Virus record (IMG/VR): IMGVR_UViG_2541047892_000001
DNA length: 35,657 nucleotides
Direction: 5' to 3' (one strand)
Source: a virus
Taxonomy: Duplodnaviria; Heunggongvirae; Uroviricota; Caudoviricetes
Part shown: positions 1 through 7,794 of the stretch, in pieces
Position numbering within the stretch: position 1 is the stretch's first letter
How the letters are laid out: every line of letters begins with the position of its first letter
Program-made: the position numbers and the translations under genes
Notes under the pieces: model-generated
Told to the model about the DNA's origin: nothing
Databases searched by the model: none
Seen by the model: the letters and a program-made list of their open reading frames with translations, nothing else

Positions 1-95
1 TTTTCTTCTGAAATGTACCCCAGGCTGGCAAAGGCTTATCCGACCAATAAATTACCGGATTTACGGGGCGAATTTATCCGTGGCTGGGATGACGG
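1..95. repeat. Inverted repeat arm (95 bp, perfect) paired with 1324..1418; truncated by window edge
   Basis: Reverse complement of 1..95 is identical to 1324..1418; first mismatch is at nt 96/1323. Confidence 0.85.
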
Positions 96-384
96 GCGAG
101 GGATTGATGCAGGACGTGCTTTATTGAGCTTTCAAACTGGGATGCTGGAAAAACACCGCCATATTGTTGTAGCTAACGATGGGTATGACACAAAGGATGA
201 ATGGGAGTTGGCCACAATTTTCAAAAAAACATATTCACAAGGCCGGGGACTTGATGCTGCAAATACAGGAGGGAGTTTGATTCCATCACCAACGCTTCAT
301 TCACGAGGAAGTATTGGTAACACTGGTGGTAGTGAAACTCGCCCCCGCAATATTGCATTTAACTATATCGTGAGGGCGGCTTAA
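1..384 (+). CDS. Alternative tail-fibre C-terminal segment, 5'-partial (frame open from window edge)
   Basis: Frame is open from nt 1; translation FSSEMYPRLAKAYPTNKLPDLRGEFIRGWDDGRGID... matches the internal sequence of the minus-strand tail fibre (1008..2003) then diverges, ending in the same TRPRNIAFNYIVRA motif. Confidence 0.6.
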   Translation, partial: FSSEMYPRLAKAYPTNKLPDLRGEFIRGWDDGRGIDAGRALLSFQTGMLEKHRHIVVANDGYDTKDEWELATIFKKTYSQGRGLDAANTGGSLIPSPTLHSRGSIGNTGGSETRPRNIAFNYIVRAA

Positions 385-390
385 TTATAC

Positions 391-1008
391 TCAACTGGCT
401 GCTGCCAGAGGCATTTCCGGCCAGTTGATATCCGGTGCAGTGCTGATGTCAGTCGCATTAAGCGCATCTATGAAATCAAGCACGGCGTTTAGTTTTTCCG
501 TCTCCTGGGGCGTCAATCGGCGTCCGGCTCGTAGTTTGAGATTAATAAGCTCAACAGATGCCATTGCCTGTTCCTCAAGTTGCTGACGATGCGCTCCGGC
601 AGCTTCCAGTTCTGCTGCGTGCTGTCGTCTCGTATCTGTCACCCAGGTCTCACCATCCCAGACATCATAGATGGTAGCTGGCTGTTTCACCGTCGTATCT
701 GAAGGGTAATCTCCCGGCTGTGTGATTTGCACAGCGTTACCATTCTCTGTGCTGTAAACCGTTTCGCCTCTGTGGTCTGGAACATATTTCCAGATGTTCT
801 GGTCGGTATCACGACAGACAGCGAAGCCGGGGCGTTTTTCTGGTGGCGCGTCAATGCATGAGTGAGCCGGAATTCCAACACCATAAGCGAGATATTCAAC
901 AGTGGCAGAGAGATATTCACGGTTTTCAGCATCGTAGTTATAAACGGTAATATCGCCTGCAGTTATAGCGATACCATTCTGATCAAGTACTGCAGCAGCA
1001 TTATTCAT
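391..1008 (-). CDS. Tail fibre assembly protein (Tfa / Mu U / P2 gpG-like)
   Basis: 205 aa; C-terminal region LTPQETEKLNAVLDFIDALNATDISTAPDINWPE is typical of tail fibre assembly chaperones; immediately downstream of the tail fibre on the same strand. Confidence 0.85.
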   Translation of the reverse strand: MNNAAAVLDQNGIAITAGDITVYNYDAENREYLSATVEYLAYGVGIPAHSCIDAPPEKRPGFAVCRDTDQNIWKYVPDHRGETVYSTENGNAVQITQPGDYPSDTTVKQPATIYDVWDGETWVTDTRRQHAAELEAAGAHRQQLEEQAMASVELINLKLRAGRRLTPQETEKLNAVLDFIDALNATDISTAPDINWPEMPLAAAS

Positions 1009-2003
1009 TAAGTAGCCCTTACAATATAGTTAAACGCAATATTACGGGGGCGGTTTTCCGTTCCTGTATTCCCTCCGTTGGCACCTAATCTATAAACACC
1101 ACGAGTGCCAATAGCACGTAGTGAAGATGGAACTTTTACACCTGACTCATCTGTTTTAACAATCCCGCCATCACCGTATGTAGCCAGTATACCAGGGTTT
1201 GTTCCTGCACGGGTGCTGTTTGCAGCAAGCCCTTCACCGGTCCATAACTCCATATAGTGAGTATGATCCATAACCGAATGTGGTTGTGCATTAAGCAAGA
1301 AACGCCCTGAATCAATTCCCCGTCCGTCATCCCAGCCACGGATAAATTCGCCCCGTAAATCCGGTAATTTATTGGTCGGATAAGCCTTTGCCAGCCTGGG
1401 GTACATTTCAGAAGAAAATGCTGCGCCGTTACATTTCAGCCACCCTGCTGGTGGTGTTGCTGAGGGCCACGGAACGGGCACACCAACGGGCAGTGCAGAG
1501 CCTTCCCCCAAACCAAGGTTTTTGACAAACAGCGCAGGATCAGGAATATCTGCGCCGTTCTGGTCTTTAGCCAGCTTTTCCGCCAGCTTGTTCAGTACCG
1601 TAGTCGCAAAGTTTGGATCATTACCGAGAGCGTCAGCCAGCTCTTTAAGCGTATCCAGTGTCTCAGGGGCGCTGCCTGCAAGCGCCGCAAGTGCTTTGGC
1701 CACAAACTCCGTCGTCGCCAGCTTTTTGCTGTTATCGCCATTTGCAGGTGTAGGTGCTGTTGGTGTGCCGGTGAATGCCGGACTGGCTTTCGGTGCATAC
1801 TGGGCATGCGGGTCTGCTGCCGCGATGTGTTTCGCAAGGTCAGCCCCGCCTTTTTCAACCTGTTGCTTCAGGTACAGCGTGCGGCTGGCCAGTTGTTTAC
1901 CCTGACGGTTAGAAATTCCGTCAGGCCCGCCCAGAACGGGGTCAGAGACCTCAATCTGGTAGATGCCGTCTTCCCACTGTGGGGTTTCAGGTAGATTTGC
2001 CAT
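1008..2003 (-). CDS. Tail fibre protein
   Basis: 331 aa; N-terminal MANLPETPQWEDGIYQIE...GKQLASRTLYLKQQV is a recognisable phage tail-fibre N-domain; followed by Tfa; contains the inverted-repeat arm. Confidence 0.85.
   Translation of the reverse strand: MANLPETPQWEDGIYQIEVSDPVLGGPDGISNRQGKQLASRTLYLKQQVEKGGADLAKHIAAADPHAQYAPKASPAFTGTPTAPTPANGDNSKKLATTEFVAKALAALAGSAPETLDTLKELADALGNDPNFATTVLNKLAEKLAKDQNGADIPDPALFVKNLGLGEGSALPVGVPVPWPSATPPAGWLKCNGAAFSSEMYPRLAKAYPTNKLPDLRGEFIRGWDDGRGIDSGRFLLNAQPHSVMDHTHYMELWTGEGLAANSTRAGTNPGILATYGDGGIVKTDESGVKVPSSLRAIGTRGVYRLGANGGNTGTENRPRNIAFNYIVRAT
1324..1418. repeat. Inverted repeat arm inside tail-fibre gene, partner of 1..95
   Basis: Direct comparison of the two strands; lies inside the 1008..2003 CDS at the point where the two fibre C-termini start to diverge. 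Confidence 0.85.
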
Positions 2004-2005
2004 AA

Positions 2006-2584
2006 TTAACTGCTCCCGTGGTTGTAACTACCGTCATAACGGGTAGTACTGTTGTATCGAATGGCGACAGACTGATATTCCAGGCTTGCCAGATGGCAGC
2101 GAGCCGGAGCAAAGGCAGCGAGCGTCTGACGTAACAGCGCTGCCTGATCATTAGTGATGGGCTGTTGAAGGATGACCCGATAGACTGCCCAGGCTTGTGC
2201 ATCGCCATGGACGAAAAGTCCGTTGTAACTGTGTTTACCGTCGTAGCCGATCTGCCCCGTACCTTCTATCAGCTCTACTTCGCCAAAGCCAAAACGGCGG
2301 ATAATTTCCCGGATTGACCACGGCGTTCCTTTATAGCGGTGTAGCTCGATAGCGGATTTGATAAGCATGCGGCGTACATCGTCCGATTCCGCCAGTTCCC
2401 AGCCATCGCCGAACAACGAGAACTGCTCGCCCAGCCATGGCAGCGCGGAACTGTCGACGATATCGACGAGACAGACCATCAGTACGCTCAGGTCGATGTT
2501 ATCCAGCCGTTCGGCCAGTCTTCCCAGCGTTTTGAGACTGATATCACCCTCAAGCGGTGGCGGTAGTCGTAGCGCCTCAGCCAT
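2006..2584 (-). CDS. Baseplate protein, P2 gpI / Mu gp48-like
   Basis: 192 aa; LPWLGEQFSLFGDGWELAE resembles the gpI family; sits between the J-like baseplate protein and the tail fibre. Confidence 0.65.
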   Translation of the reverse strand: MAEALRLPPPLEGDISLKTLGRLAERLDNIDLSVLMVCLVDIVDSSALPWLGEQFSLFGDGWELAESDDVRRMLIKSAIELHRYKGTPWSIREIIRRFGFGEVELIEGTGQIGYDGKHSYNGLFVHGDAQAWAVYRVILQQPITNDQAALLRQTLAAFAPARCHLASLEYQSVAIRYNSTTRYDGSYNHGSS

Positions 2585-3680
2585 CGGACACCCCTGTCAC
2601 GTTAAGAGTGATTGCCGTACAGTTTGCCCATTCGTTTTCTGCAACCACCCGCAGTGCCGGTGTCACCAGTTCAACCTGGTACACCCCGGAAACGGACAAT
2701 GCACTGATAATCTGGCTGGGGACAATATCGCGTCCCAGCGTGGCGGCACGTGATGCCACCCAGTTCTGTATGGCGCTGTTAGCGTTGTCCTTTACCGACA
2801 TTGCATCCTGATCACGATAGATCGTAATCCTGGCTTCAATGGTGTAATCCACCTGAACAGGTGTTTTAGCCCGCACGGTATCAGTGAGTGGTCTGACTTT
2901 TTCGTCAGAACAGAAACTCTCTACCAGAGTGAGGATACTGCTGTCTGGCAGACCAGTGCTGAGCAGTGGATACAGCTCGACAGTACCGGGAACGGGAGAA
3001 AGAACAGCGACGTCGACAATACTGGGATGCGCCCCCATGGCATGAAAACGGTATGCACCACGGCTTCCGGCATTGGTGAATGACTCCGGGGCCAGCCTGA
3101 TACGCTCCCGGAGTCGGTCATTGTCTTCCTGCTCTGAACCGCCAGTGCTGGCCGTCAGATTGGTCACCAGCAGGTCAACGTTATCAATCTCATCAAGCAG
3201 CTGACTGACCTGAGCCGGTTGCCAGCCGTTGCCAGAGGTACCCGGCTCAGTACAGGTGGCAGGGGCATTGACCAGTTGCAAACCGGCCTTCAGCACTACA
3301 TCTGTATCGGTGGCAAAAATCACGCTGTCGGAAGCGCTGACGCGGGTGCCTGCCGGGATCAGCACATCAATGGCCAGTGCCTCATCCACAGAGAACTGAA
3401 GTGTGGTGGTGGCAGGCTGCGCGGGAAGGCGGTATACACCAACCAGTTCTCCGAGGTAATCAATCATCGGCTCCCGGGAAAAGGCGACCAGATTCAGCTT
3501 CGCCGCCTCCTGTACCGCCACCCTGACCAGCATTTCGCGATAGGCCCACAGATCTATCAGCAGACGTTCTGCCTGTGCCGGGTACAACGTTTTGCCGGTA
3601 TCCGCTTCATATTTCGCAATCATTTCTGCCGTGATTTTATCGGCATCGAGTTCAATAAAATCGGGTTCTGTCAGCGCCAT
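2577..3680 (-). CDS. Baseplate J-like protein (P2 gpJ / Mu gp47)
   Basis: 367 aa; family-typical length and position downstream of the gpW-like protein. Confidence 0.85.
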   Translation of the reverse strand: MALTEPDFIELDADKITAEMIAKYEADTGKTLYPAQAERLLIDLWAYREMLVRVAVQEAAKLNLVAFSREPMIDYLGELVGVYRLPAQPATTTLQFSVDEALAIDVLIPAGTRVSASDSVIFATDTDVVLKAGLQLVNAPATCTEPGTSGNGWQPAQVSQLLDEIDNVDLLVTNLTASTGGSEQEDNDRLRERIRLAPESFTNAGSRGAYRFHAMGAHPSIVDVAVLSPVPGTVELYPLLSTGLPDSSILTLVESFCSDEKVRPLTDTVRAKTPVQVDYTIEARITIYRDQDAMSVKDNANSAIQNWVASRAATLGRDIVPSQIISALSVSGVYQVELVTPALRVVAENEWANCTAITLNVTGVSDG

Positions 3681-4018
3681 AGCAGTTCCTGAGTACGGGG
3701 TTGTCCGTCTGAGCCTTTCCAGCTCACCCGGAGCGTAAGATGTTCGCCGTCGACGGCGGGTTTAACCGACATAAGCTGGCAGCGGGGTTCCCAGCGCCTG
3801 ATGGCATCGACGGATTCGCGAACCACATGCGGAATGGCCCGGTCGACAGGCCAGTCGATATAAAGGTGCAGATTGCTGCCGAACTCTGGGCGATGCGGGT
3901 CGCTGCCGCGGGGAGTCCGCAGGATGATCTGGATGGACTGCTGGATATCATCCAGCCCCCGGACGATTTCGCCGGGAGCCTGCAGAGCCGGTTGCCAGAA
4001 TACTGAGGTCGTTTTCAT
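3671..4018 (-). CDS. Baseplate protein, gpW / gp25 lysozyme-like (Mu gp46)
   Basis: 115 aa; LDDIQQSIQIILRTPRGSDPHRPEFGS matches the GPW/gp25 family motif. Confidence 0.85.
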   Translation of the reverse strand: MKTTSVFWQPALQAPGEIVRGLDDIQQSIQIILRTPRGSDPHRPEFGSNLHLYIDWPVDRAIPHVVRESVDAIRRWEPRCQLMSVKPAVDGEHLTLRVSWKGSDGQPRTQELLWR

Positions 4019-4089
4019 GGGGGCAGTATTGCCCCAGTAAGAAAAGAACGATATTAAAGGGATTTAAAAAGGAGTTATTGATACGTTTG

Positions 4090-4965
4090 TTAAATTACGA
4101 AAACCTTGACGATAAGTTCTCCGTCTTTAGAGACTCTCTTCCCCTCAAGATCAGATTTCAGCCCCTCAGAATTAGTAATAAGCTGGTTCGGATCGTAGAT
4201 GACACACCAGAGATTTTTGCAATCAGAGTGCCGACGATAATGCTCTATATCGATAATAAGTTCATCGCCGATTTTCTTTGCATGAGAACGATCACGAACA
4301 ATTTTGGTTTCCAGTACTAATTTATGCGCAGGTAACAAAAAATCCATTCGAGTACTTGAACCAGCGTAACTTGGAGTAAACTCTTCTGGGCGGATGTCCT
4401 GAACCCATGGTCTGAGCAATGCATGGAGAAGGTCTTGCACGTCATATTCATTGCTAAAAGATAATGACTGGCTTCCTTTTCGCCTATGAGTAAGTGGATG
4501 CATTGCTCGCTGTAAGCCTTTGACCAGCCTTTCCAGTAAGTTCTCAACTTTTTCTGGCATTACTGGCTGTTGATAAGTAATTATGGTCTCTGGGTAATCC
4601 ATATTGTGTGACGGGATGTGGCCTTCAGGCAACACTCGACCAAAACGATAATATCTAAGTCCATTCTCTTGTAACACAGCTTCAATTCTGTCTCGTTTTT
4701 CCTTCCATTCTGCATATTCGGGAGTACCTTCTTTTGGAGGTAAATCCATAAACTCCTCAATTACTCCGCCCAGAACTGCCAGACTATCTGTATCTGGATC
4801 TTGCCCTGCAAGAAATAACCAGTCTTTCCATTTTGTACTATGAGATCCTGCCGGAGGGTTTCCTGGTGCTCCCGAAGTAAGAAATAACGTATCTAAAGCT
4901 GCATGAGAGCCTGAGTTAGCAATGACATCGCCAACTACTTTACATAAGGATCTTGATAACCGCAT
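4090..4965 (-). CDS. Accessory (moron) protein with predicted C-terminal PD-(D/E)xK nuclease fold; candidate defence gene
   Basis: 291 aa ORF in an AT-rich island between two conserved baseplate genes; C-terminal NEYDVQDLL...RMDFLLPAHKLVLETKIV fits the E...D...ExK pattern; GGGGA ribosome-binding site 5-9 nt upstream of ATG. Confidence 0.6.
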   Translation of the reverse strand: MRLSRSLCKVVGDVIANSGSHAALDTLFLTSGAPGNPPAGSHSTKWKDWLFLAGQDPDTDSLAVLGGVIEEFMDLPPKEGTPEYAEWKEKRDRIEAVLQENGLRYYRFGRVLPEGHIPSHNMDYPETIITYQQPVMPEKVENLLERLVKGLQRAMHPLTHRRKGSQSLSFSNEYDVQDLLHALLRPWVQDIRPEEFTPSYAGSSTRMDFLLPAHKLVLETKIVRDRSHAKKIGDELIIDIEHYRRHSDCKNLWCVIYDPNQLITNSEGLKSDLEGKRVSKDGELIVKVFVI

Positions 4966-5046
4966 TTAAGTCCCCGCCAAATTAGTGTTAATTAAAAAAT
5001 TCTATCATATCCGCGGGAGAGGAAATGGAGTCACATACTTGAAAAA

Positions 5047-5559
5047 TTAGTGAGAGTGATGATTGGAATTCTGTCCATCTGCAAATATGTTACCAGTCGC
5101 ATGGGTACTCCCTTTGATTTCAAGATTGCCGTTCACCATGATAGTGTCAGCTGTCAAATCAATGGTTTTCCCTTTCAGACTAATACCCACTGCAACCTCG
5201 ATCACCACATGCTCGATACCTCCTTTGACCGTCAGCGTATGGGTCGCGCGGTCATAACTGAACTCCGCGCCATCAGCGTACTTCGTGCCCCGGACGTTTT
5301 TATCACCGAACGGCGGTTTATCGACGTCTGAGTACACCGCGCCCAGAATAACACCATCCTCGCCGTTGGCATCGAGCAGCACCTCAACCTGCTCCCCCAC
5401 GTCAGGGAGCCAGTAATCCTTGTTATCCTGGGTATTGCGCTGCAGCACGTTAAGCCAGTTTGTGCGCAGATTATCGCATTCAGGCAGACGAACGCGGGCC
5501 TGAACCCTGTCGGCATCAACGGCACTGACCGTACCGACCTGGCGGGTGACACCAGTCAT
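5047..5559 (-). CDS. Baseplate spike / assembly protein V (P2 gpV / Mu gp45)
   Basis: 170 aa; sequence and position typical of gpV. Confidence 0.85.
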   Translation of the reverse strand: MTGVTRQVGTVSAVDADRVQARVRLPECDNLRTNWLNVLQRNTQDNKDYWLPDVGEQVEVLLDANGEDGVILGAVYSDVDKPPFGDKNVRGTKYADGAEFSYDRATHTLTVKGGIEHVVIEVAVGISLKGKTIDLTADTIMVNGNLEIKGSTHATGNIFADGQNSNHHSH

Positions 5560-6710
5560 TTTTTCTTCTCCTTAATCACCGTCGATGTACTGCCATCCGG
5601 GTGATAAACCGTGAGTTTCTGAGTTTTTTGTTTTTTCCCTCTTGTGACTGGCCCCCGTGCCACTTCCAGCTCTGTGGTGTAGCCGCTGTTACGCTCAAAC
5701 GCATGGCGGGCAGTGATTATCAGCCATGGACCGGATAATTGTCCAAAGCCCACCAGTTCAATTTTGTTGCCTGCTGTCAGTTGAGGCGTTCCCGTCAGCG
5801 TCAGGGAGCCGTTCTGCTGGTATTCGTTATGTCTGGCCAGTGCTGAATCCGCTTTAATCCGGGCACTGTCCGGGTCGCTGACGCGGCTGTTAACTTTAAG
5901 TGAGTCAGCGCTGGTAACCTTACCGCCTTTGAGCTTTTTGTCGCTTTCACGGGTACCACCATCAGCTTCGTAGACGATCAGTTTTTTACTGCTGCTTTTC
6001 TGGTGTTTTACCTTTGCAGATTTATAGACCCGGTTGATGGTGTCACGCAGGGAAAAGTGGGCCACATCCTGCGGTTTTAACTGCCTGACCGGCTCCTGAC
6101 TGCGCAATGTGGCCAGATGAGAAAAAATCAACTGGTCACTGACCACTTTCACTGCATAACCATACTCGCTGGCCAGCCGGCGCAGAAAACCCACGTCGGT
6201 TTCAGCATACTGGGTCACCCGGTCGATTCTGATGGACTCAATGCTGCCCACCAGTTTCAGCCGGTGCTTTCTGGCAATCCGACCCGCAACAGCTGCCAGC
6301 GTGGTGTTCTCAAAACCACGGCTGGATTTAGTCCGCAGAGCACTGTTAACCGAGGTGGCCACCCCACGGATAGCGACAACGGACGCGGGCGAACTCACTT
6401 CGATCTCGTCTATTGAGAATGTACCGTAGGACAGCAGTTTCTCGCCCTGATAACCCATTTTCAGCGTCAGCGTGTCACCCTTGCCCGGATACCACTTATC
6501 CAGCCAGCGGCCATCGGTGTCGTCCAGCTCCACCTCAATGGTATCGGACTCATTTTTGATGTTATCGCTCCAGACCACACGGGTGACATAAGGCGCGATA
6601 TCAGAGGTGATGTTTTTCTGCAAATACCACAGAGTGAATACCGGCGTCAGCACATCGCTGACGCCGGTTAACGCTGATGTGGCTTGCGCAGTACTGTTTA
6701 TCTCAGCCAT
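5556..6710 (-). CDS. Tail/baseplate hub protein, gpD-like (Mu gp44)
   Basis: 384 aa; late control gene D family features; stop/start overlap with neighbours. Confidence 0.75.
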   Translation of the reverse strand: MAEINSTAQATSALTGVSDVLTPVFTLWYLQKNITSDIAPYVTRVVWSDNIKNESDTIEVELDDTDGRWLDKWYPGKGDTLTLKMGYQGEKLLSYGTFSIDEIEVSSPASVVAIRGVATSVNSALRTKSSRGFENTTLAAVAGRIARKHRLKLVGSIESIRIDRVTQYAETDVGFLRRLASEYGYAVKVVSDQLIFSHLATLRSQEPVRQLKPQDVAHFSLRDTINRVYKSAKVKHQKSSSKKLIVYEADGGTRESDKKLKGGKVTSADSLKVNSRVSDPDSARIKADSALARHNEYQQNGSLTLTGTPQLTAGNKIELVGFGQLSGPWLIITARHAFERNSGYTTELEVARGPVTRGKKQKTQKLTVYHPDGSTSTVIKEKKK

Positions 6711-6910
6711 GGGGCAATATCCTCTTCTGTACGGGCATCTTCAGCCTCAATAACCGGGATCAGTAACAACAACCCGGAGGGCAGCACTGGCGTAATGGCC
6801 ACGTGCGGATTGGCTGCAATAATCCGGGGATAGCCCAGCGGGTCACCGTAGTACTGCCATGCCAGCGAATCCCAGCGCTCTCCGTCACGGGTAATATGTT
6901 CAAGAAACAT
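6698..6910 (-). CDS. Tail protein X-like (LysM-like)
   Basis: About 70 aa; ...RDGERWDSLAWQYYGD...IAANP resembles gpX; ATG at 6910 overlaps the upstream stop (ORF track start at 6913 is GTG). Confidence 0.65.
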   Translation of the reverse strand: MFLEHITRDGERWDSLAWQYYGDPLGYPRIIAANPHVAITPVLPSGLLLLIPVIEAEDARTEEDIAPWLR

Positions 6911-7794
6911 CACACACTCCTCGTCAGTATTCTGGCGACCATTGCACTTAATCCCGGAGACATGCGGTTGAATGCTGTGCCGGCGGCGTTAAGCTGCCCG
7001 GAAACGGTATCCAGAGCACCTGCAATATTTCTTTTGTCCACACCACTCAGCGCCGACTGCGCCTGCTGTACATACGTGGCTGCCTCACTGGCTGTTCTGG
7101 CCAGACTGATGGCATCGGGCATGGATTCAGAGAGTACATTAAACGCCGGAATACTTTTCCCCAGAGCGCCGGATATATTACCCAGTCCGCTCATCAGTCC
7201 CGGCACACGGGTCAGCGCGACAACGGGGTTACCCTTCATTTTCTGCGCCACCCGAACGGCACTGATGGTGGTCTGGAGTACAGACTGCGCCTGTTTCGCA
7301 TAGTTGACGCCGTTACGGACGAACTGCGCCACCCCGCAAGGCGATGGAACAGCACCAGATATGGCCCCGGCACCGGGAACCTGCCTGCGTATTGCCGGCG
7401 GTTGCAGAGGATTTTTCGGGTCACCGGTGTATTCCCGGAGAGACACGGTGGCACTGACAGCCAGCACGTTACCGGTGCTGTCTGTCTGCTCGCTGGTTGC
7501 GGTCACATCGGTAATCACGAACCAGCCGCGATAGTCACCGTTGCCGAAGACCAGCGCCAGTGCCTGATGGGCCTTCATGGCTGTTCGCACTCTCGCCAGC
7601 TCCACGTCGGGCACACAATAATGCTGATGGAAGACCAGGCTTATCTGGATTTCGTCCAGCCTGTCGCCGACGAACTGCAGGCCGGGTTTACCCTCGATGC
7701 GGGCATGCTCCGCATAATCGACGCCAAACGTGGCCTCGAAGCCGTCCCAGTAGGTAATCAGTTCAAACTCAATATCACCCAGTACGGCAAACAT
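6910..7794 (-). CDS. Tail protein, gpU / DNA-circularisation N-domain family (Mu gp43-like)
   Basis: 294 aa; N-terminal MFAVLGDIEFELITYWDG; directly downstream of the tape measure with ATGA overlap. Confidence 0.6.
   Translation of the reverse strand: MFAVLGDIEFELITYWDGFEATFGVDYAEHARIEGKPGLQFVGDRLDEIQISLVFHQHYCVPDVELARVRTAMKAHQALALVFGNGDYRGWFVITDVTATSEQTDSTGNVLAVSATVSLREYTGDPKNPLQPPAIRRQVPGAGAISGAVPSPCGVAQFVRNGVNYAKQAQSVLQTTISAVRVAQKMKGNPVVALTRVPGLMSGLGNISGALGKSIPAFNVLSESMPDAISLARTASEAATYVQQAQSALSGVDKRNIAGALDTVSGQLNAAGTAFNRMSPGLSAMVARILTRSV

Noticed and set aside
4020-4035. GC hairpin GGGGCA-auac-UGCCCC just upstream of the gpW-like start, considered as terminator of the moron
   Set aside because: No U-tract follows it on the minus strand and it sits directly over the gpW-like translation start, so a terminator call is not supported.
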